Origin: Nannocystis pusilla
GTDB lineage: Bacteria; Myxococcota_A; Polyangia; Nannocystales; Nannocystaceae
Direction: 5' to 3' (one strand)
Assembly: GCF_051105105.1 (NCBI RefSeq)
Contig: NZ_CP185339.1
Length of the DNA: 64,000 nucleotides
Numbering within the stretch: the first letter of the stretch is position 1; the number at the start of each line of letters is the position of its first letter. Shown in pieces: positions 56,820 through 64,000 of this stretch. Below the pieces are notes generated by a model that worked only from the letters and a program-made list of their open reading frames with translations, had not been told where the DNA came from and did not search any database. Both the position numbers and the translations under genes were made by a program.

Positions 56820-57949
56820 CCCCAGCTCCGAAAGCGTCGCCGTCCCCGACGCTAACAAACACCTCGAAGACGTTCAGCCCGGAAAAACCCCTGACCCCGA
56901 GCTCGCCTCGTGGACGGGCTCGGTCGTGCGGCTCGCCCGCCCCGCAGGCGAGGCGCGCACTACAGTTCGGTGACGACGCATCGTCGACATCAGGCTCGGC
57001 GTCGACCGCCACCGAGCGCCCGCGCAGCCCGCATGCACCGCTCTCGTGATCGCGGGCGGACGACGCACCGACTGGGGCCTCGCCGGACTCCCGCTCATCC
57101 TCGAACCCGTCGACGATGCGGAGAGCCCCGCCGCGGGCGCCAGGGGTGAGCACAAACGTTTTTTCGCCGCCGACGCCGCTCGCGCCCGGCGGTCTCGGCC
57201 CATCGATCGAGGAGGCGCCCAATTCGCCTGACTCACAGGCGACCGCGCCGCCCCCGGAATTCTCCGGGGAGACCGTCCTGCGCGGACTCGACACGATGGG
57301 CCGCGGCCCGTGAGCCGAATGGACATTCGCCACGCCGGCCCGCTCGCGGGCCTTGCGCCGATTTTCCCGGCTCGTGTCCGGTCCCTGCAGCCTGTGGGGC
57401 CGTATTGCGGTAGCGATTTCGCGCATCGTCGACCGGCCAACCTTGGTCGAGCCGGCCGGGGCGGCAACCGCTCCGCGCCGTACGAAAGAGGGAATACGCG
57501 GCGCTCTTCGTCGGCGGAGATTAGAGTTGGAGCATGGATCACAGCCTCGCATTCCCGGGGTTCTTCCCAGATGTGGCGCGATTCGCGGCGGCGAGGCGAG
57601 CGCACCGACGCCCGCGGCTCGAGCGTGCCGCGGAGCGATTGCTCCGAGTCCGCGGCCGGCCTGTATCTCTGAAATCACCGCCGCCTTGCACCCCGGGCGC
57701 CCTCTCCCAAGATTGCGCCGCAGTCGTCGGCCTCGCGAGCTCACGGGATTATGCGCACCCGCTGCGGAGCGAGCAGGCGCAGGCCGACGACTGCAAGCGG
57801 CGGAATTCGCCGCGACTGCCGACGTCATCGCCTCGTCTCGCTCCTCGGCCGCCGAACGACCGGCCATCCTCGACCTGCTCGAAAGACCAGGTAAGAGCGC
57901 GCCGCTCCTGGCCCGCGGCCCTGAAGACGCCGACCTTCGGTTCCTGTCG

Positions 57950-58330
57950 CGAAGAGCCCCGCTCTCCTCCGCCCGCCGGGCAACATCACTGTCCGCGGAG
58001 AGCTCCGCCCTTCGCCCGTCAGGAAACATCACAGTCCGCGAAGGACCCCGCCCTCCCTCCTGCGCCGCACTCCTCCGCCCGCCAGGAAACATCACGGTCC
58101 GCAAAAAGCCCCGCCCTCCCTCCTGCGCCGCACTCCTCACGCCCGTCGGGAAACATCGCTGTCCGTGAAGAGCCCCGCCCTCCTCCTCCGCCCGCCGGGA
58201 AACATCCCTGTCCGCCGAGAGCCCCACGCTCTCTGCTTCGCCCGCCGGGAAACATCCCTGTCCGCGCAGGACCCCGCCTCCCTCCTTCGCCGCTCTCCTC
58301 CGCCCGCCGGGCCGAAGCCAGCCTCGTCGC
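57950..58330. repeat. tandem repeat array 3 (~57-bp units x ~6), core CCGCCCGCCGGGAAACATCCCTGTCCGC
   Basis: Units separated by gagccccgccctccctcctgcgccgcactcct. Contains short palindrome GGGAaacaTCCC. Confidence 0.8.
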
Positions 58331-58629
58331 GCCCCCTCGCCCCGGCGCCGGCGCCCGCCCGGAAAAACCCCCGCCCTCGGCTCCCACCCCCCGTCGCGGC
58401 GCACCCATCAGAGCTCTCTTTCACGAGCTGCCCCAAAGCACAGGCGCTCGCCCTCGCGGCGCCGCTCGACCGCACCTCGCGCATCGCCGAGGGCCGCGAC
58501 CGACCGGCAACTCTCGCCGTCGTTCGCACCAGCGTCTCGCAGCAGTCTCGCGGCCGGCGAACAACGATTCGTCACACCCGCGACTTGCGACCTCGCGCGC
58601 ACCCGAACACGCTGGTCTTCAGCGCCGTC

Positions 58630-59514
58630 ATGACCCCCGCCCGCTCCTCGGCTCTCTCTCCGCGCGCGCTGGCCCCGGCGGGACGGGACCGGCCCCTCGA
58701 CGCGCTGCCCGTCTCGCGCCACCCGTCCACCGGCGCCGCCGTCCGCTGCTTCGAGCTGCGCGCCGAGCTGTGGCGCGCGCTGCTCGGTCAGCCCGCCGCG
58801 CTCGCCTCGATCGTCGAGCTCGCGCACCGGGCCCTGCACCCCGAGCTGCGCCCCGAAGGCCCCCTGCGGCGCCTCGAAGCCGCCGCCCAGGTCCTCGGCT
58901 GCGGCGACGACCTCGGCGCGCGCCTGGCCTACGACGCGGCGCGCCGGGCCGCCTCCGACGCGCTGGGGCCCGCCAATCCCGACCGCTGCCTGGTCCGCCG
59001 CCTCGTCGGCGACATCCTGGCCCGTCGCTCGGTCCCCCTCGCCGAGCCCGCCCTCGGCCGCTGGTGCGACATCTTGGAGCGGCGCCAGGCGGCGCTGGAC
59101 GCCGCCCTGAACCTCCTGCGCGCCCGCGACGAGCAGATCGGCCGCATCGTCCGCGCCTTGCGGCCGCCCGGGGGCGGCTGCGCCGAGTTGGTCGTGGTCG
59201 CCAGCCAGGGGCTGCAGTGGGCCGTGGGGCGCTACGATCCCCGCCGCGGCGTCCGCTTCGACCGGTTCGCCGAGTGGTGGATCCGGCGCATGCTCCGTCG
59301 TCACCTCGCGCCGCCGCCGGCGCCCGGACCTCGCCCGCGGGCCGAGCTGCGCAGCACCTGCGCGCAATTCACCACCCTCCACGGACGGGCCCCGACCGAG
59401 GAGGAACTGATGGCATTGACAGGCGAACCACTGGAGCAGGTCCGCCTTGCCCGGTCGCTCGACTCGCACCATCGCTACGCCCGCGAGAGAGACATCGACC
59501 CCGCGCCCCCATGA
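58630..59514 (+). CDS. sigma-70-family-like protein retaining region 2.3/2.4 and 3 motifs but lacking region 4 (truncated or pseudogene)
   Basis: YDPRRGVRFDRFAEWWIRRMLRRHL resembles the sigma region 2.3-2.4 core (FD..RG.KFSTYA.WWIR). GRAPTEEELMALTGEPLEQVRLAR resembles region 3.0. The ORF stops before any region-4 HTH. Confidence 0.4.
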   Translation: MTPARSSALSPRALAPAGRDRPLDALPVSRHPSTGAAVRCFELRAELWRALLGQPAALASIVELAHRALHPELRPEGPLRRLEAAAQVLGCGDDLGARLAYDAARRAASDALGPANPDRCLVRRLVGDILARRSVPLAEPALGRWCDILERRQAALDAALNLLRARDEQIGRIVRALRPPGGGCAELVVVASQGLQWAVGRYDPRRGVRFDRFAEWWIRRMLRRHLAPPPAPGPRPRAELRSTCAQFTTLHGRAPTEEELMALTGEPLEQVRLARSLDSHHRYARERDIDPAPP

Positions 59515-59563
59515 CGCCGCCACAGGTCGTGCCATCGGGACGCGCACGAGAAAGGAACCGACC

Positions 59564-59890
59564 ATGCGCTCCCATCGAACTTCTACCCTCCGGCTCGGCC
59601 TCGCCTGCCTGATCGGGCTCGCGGCCTGCGGCGACCGCACGAAAGAGACCCCGCCGGCGAACCGCAATCCAGGGCCGGGGACCCCGGCGCCGGCCGACAC
59701 GCGCACCAACCCCCATCCCACGGCCCAGCCCGCGAACAGCGGCACCCCCGGGCCCTCCGCCGGCGCCGCCAACCCGAGCAACGTCCACACCCCCGACCCG
59801 GGCCACGAGCCGCCCGGCGGGGCCGCGGGCGCCGCTTCGCCCGACAAGCCCGCCGGCGAGCCCGCCCCGACCAAGGGCCAGGCGAACTAG
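59564..59890 (+). CDS. small Pro-rich lipoprotein
   Basis: RBS GAAAGGAAC. Lipobox LIGLAACG. Low-complexity Pro/Gly/Ala tail. Confidence 0.45.
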   Translation: MRSHRTSTLRLGLACLIGLAACGDRTKETPPANRNPGPGTPAPADTRTNPHPTAQPANSGTPGPSAGAANPSNVHTPDPGHEPPGGAAGAASPDKPAGEPAPTKGQAN

Positions 59891-60701
59891 CAGCCCGCCT
59901 TCGCGGGTCCACACGGCCGGCCGACGCCCTCGCGCGTCGGTCGGCCGATTCGCGCCAGGCGAGCGCCGCGGCGCGAGCATCCTCGTCACGACCGCCAGCC
60001 GCGACGAATCACGGCTGCGGGCGCACCAGGCCCACGCGCACGACCGTCCCCCCGCGAGCTCCGGCGAAGCATCCCCTCGTCATTCGGGCCCGGCCCGGCT
60101 TCTCGTCACTGCCGACGCCGCCTCCCGCGATCCGACGAATCACCGATCTTCGTCCCACGCACCGCGGACACGACGCGCATTCCTCTCATTCGACCGCTGC
60201 CGCCCCGCTCCCCCGAATCACCGCATCCTCGTCGGCCACCGCTCGCATTCTCATCCTTCGCCCAGCCGACGCGGCCCCGCGACTCTGTCGAATCGCCGGC
60301 GTCCCCGCGGACAGGACTCGCATCCACCTCGCCTGCAGTTCGCGCTCTCGCCAGCGGCGATCGCTGCAGCGAAACCACAGCGAGTAGCCGGCGCGGCAGC
60401 ATCTCGTTTTCGCTTTTGATTCTTTTTAAGTGGAAAAAGAAAACCAATGGATTGTCCGAGGTCGCGTCCTGCGCGCGAAGCTCGACCGTGGTCGCAGTGA
60501 CCTTCGTCGTCGCGGCTGCGGCGGCGGACTCTTCTGCCTCACACTCCCGCGGCTTCGCCCCGTCGAGCGATCGACCGCCGCTGTGCGCGACCGCGACGTC
60601 GTTCGGCCGCCGTCTCTTGCCCATGCAACAAATCCGCGCACCCTCGTTCCAGGCCGCCGGATCGGTATCGCCGAGCTCGCGGAGGCCGGAGGAGCGTCAT
60701 C

Positions 60702-61211
60702 ATGGCCTCGATCTTCCAGCACCTGCGCGAGGAGCACGAGCGGCTCCAGCGCTCGATCGTCCGCCTCCGCGGCGTCGAGCCCGGGGCTGACCGACTGCAG
60801 CCGTTCAATCAGCTGCGCCGCCAGTACGTCGCCTACGCGCGCGCCGCCGCCGGCGTCCTCTACAGCTACCTGATCCACGTCAAGACCACCCAGCAGCGGG
60901 CCCTCCAGGGCCTCGAGGAGCACAAGCGCCTCGAAGTGCGCCTCCTCGACGCCGAGCGCGCCCTCGCCGACGACGATCACTGGCGCCCCACGATCGTCTC
61001 GCTGTGCGAGGAGCTGGCCCGGCACCTGGACGAGGAGCGCGGCCTGTTCTCCACAGCGAGGGTCGCGCTCAGCGACCGCGAGGCCACCGGCCTCGGCGCC
61101 TGCTTCGCGGCCGAGCGCGCTCGCTTGCACGGCGATCTCAGCAACCTGACCGGCAGTCCCCCCGAACCACTCGCATCGGCGGCCGGGACCGGACGCCTGC
61201 CGATCCACTGA
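60702..61211 (+). CDS. hemerythrin-like (HHE) domain protein
   Basis: FQHLREEHERL, YLIHVKTTQQRALQGLEEHKRLE, ELARHLDEERGLF: His/Glu ligand pattern. Confidence 0.6.
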   Translation: MASIFQHLREEHERLQRSIVRLRGVEPGADRLQPFNQLRRQYVAYARAAAGVLYSYLIHVKTTQQRALQGLEEHKRLEVRLLDAERALADDDHWRPTIVSLCEELARHLDEERGLFSTARVALSDREATGLGACFAAERARLHGDLSNLTGSPPEPLASAAGTGRLPIH

Positions 61212-61240
61212 CCGACCCCAAAACCACAAGGAACACGACC

Positions 61241-61771
61241 ATGCCCAAGAATCAGCCCCAGCCCCAGATCCAGATCTACGACATCCTGAAGCGCGAACAC
61301 GAGGAGGTGAGCGAGCTGCTGCACCAGCTCAAGGAAGCCAAGGGCAACGCCGCCCAGAAGCTGTTCGCCGAGATCCAGCTCAAGCTCGTGCCACACTCGC
61401 GCGGCGAGGAGGCGACCGTCTACTCGCGGCTGCTCAACGAGAAGACCGCCTCGGAGAAGATCCGCGTCAGCCTCGAAGAGCACCGCCAGGTCAACGTCCT
61501 GCTCGAGGAGCTGGGCGACATGTCCCCGCGCGACGAGGAGTGGTCGGCGAAGGTCCACGTGCTCGCCGACATGGTCGGCCACCATGTCGACGAGGAGGAG
61601 GGCGAGCTGTTCCCGATGGCTCGCGCAGTGCTCTCCGACCGCGAGGCCGCCCAGGTCGCCGCGGAGTACGAGCAGGCCCGCGACGAGGCCATGCAAGCCA
61701 TGACCGGCGAACTCGAAGCGGGCGAAGAAGTCGAAGAAGGCGGAGAGGAAGAAGAGCGCGGCGCCGCATGA
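61241..61771 (+). CDS. hemerythrin-like (HHE) domain protein with acidic tail
   Basis: ILKREHEEVSELL, LVPHSRGEEATVYSRL, LEEHRQVNVLLEEL, VGHHVDEEEGELF. Confidence 0.65.
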   Translation: MPKNQPQPQIQIYDILKREHEEVSELLHQLKEAKGNAAQKLFAEIQLKLVPHSRGEEATVYSRLLNEKTASEKIRVSLEEHRQVNVLLEELGDMSPRDEEWSAKVHVLADMVGHHVDEEEGELFPMARAVLSDREAAQVAAEYEQARDEAMQAMTGELEAGEEVEEGGEEEERGAA

Positions 61772-62171
61772 CCCCACTCGCCGCACCGACGCCTCTCGCC
61801 GCGAGCGCTTGACCGCCCTCGCTGCACCGTGGGTTCTTGGCGCGAGCCCGCCGGGGCGCGCGCTTGACGAACCCCTCGTTCGCCGGCGTCGCACGACTCC
61901 TCGCCGTCACCGGCCTGCGGCGGCTCTCGCCAGGGTCGCCGCACGCGCGTCGCGGCGCCTCGCTCCGACGCGCGTTCGCCCGGGAGGCGGCCGTGTTGCC
62001 GTCCAAGCCGACGACCATGAGCCGCTGAGCCGCGATCACGATCATTAGTGGATCAGCGGCTCAGCGCCCCGAACGCGCCGGCCACGACACCCGCGAGAAT
62101 CGCCGCGGCGACACGATATGTCCCAAAGGCCATCCACGCCAATCGCCGCTCACGTGGCTCGCGCCCCGCGC

Positions 62172-62543
62172 TCATTCGCCGAACACGCACGATAGCCCGT
62201 CGCGCGTCAGCAGCTCGCGCGACACCGATTGGCCGGTCCGCCACGTCAGCGTGACCGCGGCCACGCGCTCGTACGAGCCGTCCTGCCCCGGCCGCAGCGC
62301 CGCGCCGTCGCCGTCGCGGGTGGCCACCGAATACGTCGGCGCCCAGCCCGAATGAAACCAGCGATTGGCGCGGCACAGCGCCTTCGTCTCCTCGCTCGCG
62401 GTGGACGCCGCCGCGATCGATCGCGCCAGATACGCCACCACCGCGTACGGGTACACGAAGTACGCCCCGGCCGCGAGCCCGACGACGATTGCGATCACGA
62501 GCTTGCGCGCGCGCAGCCGAGCCATGGGCGCCCAGTCTAGCAC
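62172..62543 (-). CDS. hypothetical small membrane protein
   Basis: N-terminal TM helix LVIAIVVGLAAGAYFVYPYAVVAYL. GC3 consistent. Confidence 0.4.
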   Translation of the reverse strand: MLDWAPMARLRARKLVIAIVVGLAAGAYFVYPYAVVAYLARSIAAASTASEETKALCRANRWFHSGWAPTYSVATRDGDGAALRPGQDGSYERVAAVTLTWRTGQSVSRELLTRDGLSCVFGE

Positions 62544-62596
62544 CCGCGCCCGCGGCCCGACGCCACGGTCTCGCCCGGGGAACGCACCTCGGCGTC

Positions 62597-63982
62597 ATGA
62601 CCTCGTCCGCCACGCCGGACGCCGGTCGGCGCGTCCGCGGGGCGCCGCCTCGGCCGCAGCGTGATACCGTGCCCGCCATGCTGATGACGGTGTCCTGCTC
62701 GCGCTGGTCCGACGTCGATCCGGTCGGGCGCGAGTTCGATCTCGAGCCGGCGCGGCGGATCGTCGAGCGTCTCGTCCAGGCGACGGTCGCGCATCGCGGG
62801 CCGGACTGGCGCGCAGTCCCCCAGAACGTCCGGGACGCCCTCATCGAGCAGTTCGACCGCGAGTTCGTCGCCGAGTACGGCGCGTGGGCGTCCGGCTGGC
62901 ACTGGGCCGCCAGCGAGCCCGGCGGCGGCGGTCCGGTGCGCGGCTGGTGCTGCTCGCGCGACAGCCTGTTCCGCCGCGACGACCCCGACCCTCAGGCGAC
63001 CGTCGAGCGCGTCGTCGCGGCGCTCGGCGAATGGCAGCAGTTCCTCGTCGACCTCGCCGCGGCCTTCGCCGACCTGTACCAAGAGACAGCCGACCTCCCG
63101 CTCGCCCAGCAGGTCGAGCGCGCCGCGGCCCGCCTGCTGCCGCTCGTCGTCGAGCGCACGGGCGCCGAGGACGCCTGGTACCACACCTTCACCCGCGCGC
63201 TCCTGTGGTGCCTCGAGTCGTTCGGCCGCGCCGATCGCGACGTCCAGCTCGCCGTGGAGTACGTCGTCGGCGGCCACTTCTCGAGCTGGTGCGCGCCTGA
63301 CCCGGACGCCGCCCGCGAGGCCTGCGTCCGCCTCGGTCTCGCCGTCGCCGACGCCGCCCGTGACTCGGACACGGCTCCGCGCCCCGACGCCCTCGCTGCC
63401 TGGCTCGAGACCCGCGTCGCCGCCTTCCGCGACCCTCCGCGCTCGCGGCGGCGGACCCCGCTCCACCGCGACGGTCACCTCCTCTTCATCGAACAGCGCG
63501 ATCGGCCCCGCGATCCGGTCCGCGCCGATCGCATGCTCGCCGCGCTGACGGCCTGCCGGGCCCACGCCCGCTCCGGTGATTCGCTGACCTTCGACGCCCT
63601 CGCCTCCTGGCAGGCGCAGGTGCTCGGCGTCGACGCGCCCCGCTTCCGCATCACCGAGGCCTTCGCCCGCGGCGGTCACGACCGCTACGGCCTGGCCGCC
63701 GACACCTTCGAGCGCTTCACCGCCTGCCTCGCCGAGACCGCCTCCGCGGAGCCTTTGACCGTCCGCGCCGCCCGCGTCTACCTCGACGTCTGCTTCTTCC
63801 ACCCCTTCGTCGACGGCAACGCCCGCGCCGCCCGCCTCGCCCTCGACCACGTGATCACCCGCGCCGGCCTCGGCCTGCACAGCGTCGAGCCGCTGTTCAT
63901 CATCGCCCGCGACGCCCACGACGCCCGCGGCGCCTGGGGCCTCGCCCGCGCGCTCGAGCAGCTGCTCGGCTCGCCCGCTTGA
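62597..63982 (+). CDS. Fic/DOC-family protein (C-terminal Fic domain with variant motif HPFVDGNARAARL) with large N-terminal domain of unknown function
   Basis: Fic core H-P-F-x-D-G-N-[A]-R-x-x-R at the C-terminus (FFHPFVDGNARAARLALDHVI). No domain recognised in the first ~350 aa. Confidence 0.6.
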   Translation: MTSSATPDAGRRVRGAPPRPQRDTVPAMLMTVSCSRWSDVDPVGREFDLEPARRIVERLVQATVAHRGPDWRAVPQNVRDALIEQFDREFVAEYGAWASGWHWAASEPGGGGPVRGWCCSRDSLFRRDDPDPQATVERVVAALGEWQQFLVDLAAAFADLYQETADLPLAQQVERAAARLLPLVVERTGAEDAWYHTFTRALLWCLESFGRADRDVQLAVEYVVGGHFSSWCAPDPDAAREACVRLGLAVADAARDSDTAPRPDALAAWLETRVAAFRDPPRSRRRTPLHRDGHLLFIEQRDRPRDPVRADRMLAALTACRAHARSGDSLTFDALASWQAQVLGVDAPRFRITEAFARGGHDRYGLAADTFERFTACLAETASAEPLTVRAARVYLDVCFFHPFVDGNARAARLALDHVITRAGLGLHSVEPLFIIARDAHDARGAWGLARALEQLLGSPA

Positions 63983-64000
63983 CCGCGCGCCCCACGAATC

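Overview
Annotation and hunt results for a 64 kb, very high-GC (~70%+) window. The gene content (Ser/Thr kinase, thrombospondin-type-3 and SBBP beta-propeller secreted proteins, a dense LPS-core/ADP-heptose cluster, many PAS/GAF/CHASE3 histidine kinases with CheR/CheB genes) suggests a Gram-negative, probably myxobacterial/deltaproteobacterial-like genome; that taxonomic guess is inference only. Because of the GC content, most long ORFs in the six-frame track are stop-poor artefacts; the real genes were picked by recognisable domains and GC3 periodicity. At least 11 genes are split by +1 frame changes, and ten of these sit at GACGTC or GAGCTC hexamers that carry a single extra base. I read this as a systematic sequencing/assembly artefact and annotate the affected genes as single frameshifted CDSs. 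Main content, in order along the window: Ser/Thr kinase; GST; LysR + SDR divergent pair; TSP3 repeat protein; SBBP lipoprotein; CsbD; a CHASE3-GAF hybrid histidine kinase, CheR, CheB and a hybrid kinase; pyrophosphatase; Zn-ADH; GAF kinase; SDR; CrtI-like oxidoreductase; EEP-family protein; hemerythrin; a ~10 kb LPS inner-core/ADP-heptose cluster (4 GT9 genes, 2 GT4 genes one fused to GmhA, SDR, GmhB, HldE); a Cys-rich repeat protein; AraC + serine hydrolase + ABC exporter; two inverted tandem-repeat arrays flanking a KGG stress gene and a glycosyltransferase; a second CheB plus a CheB-CheR-PAS-HK megaprotein with two NarL-type regulators; a third repeat array; a region-4-less sigma-like protein; two hemerythrins; a Fic protein. 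No tRNA, rRNA, CRISPR array, transposase or integrase was recognised. The most interesting candidate system is the pair of MCP-less CheR/CheB modules wired to histidine kinases that carry methyl-acceptor-like EEL heptad coiled coils.
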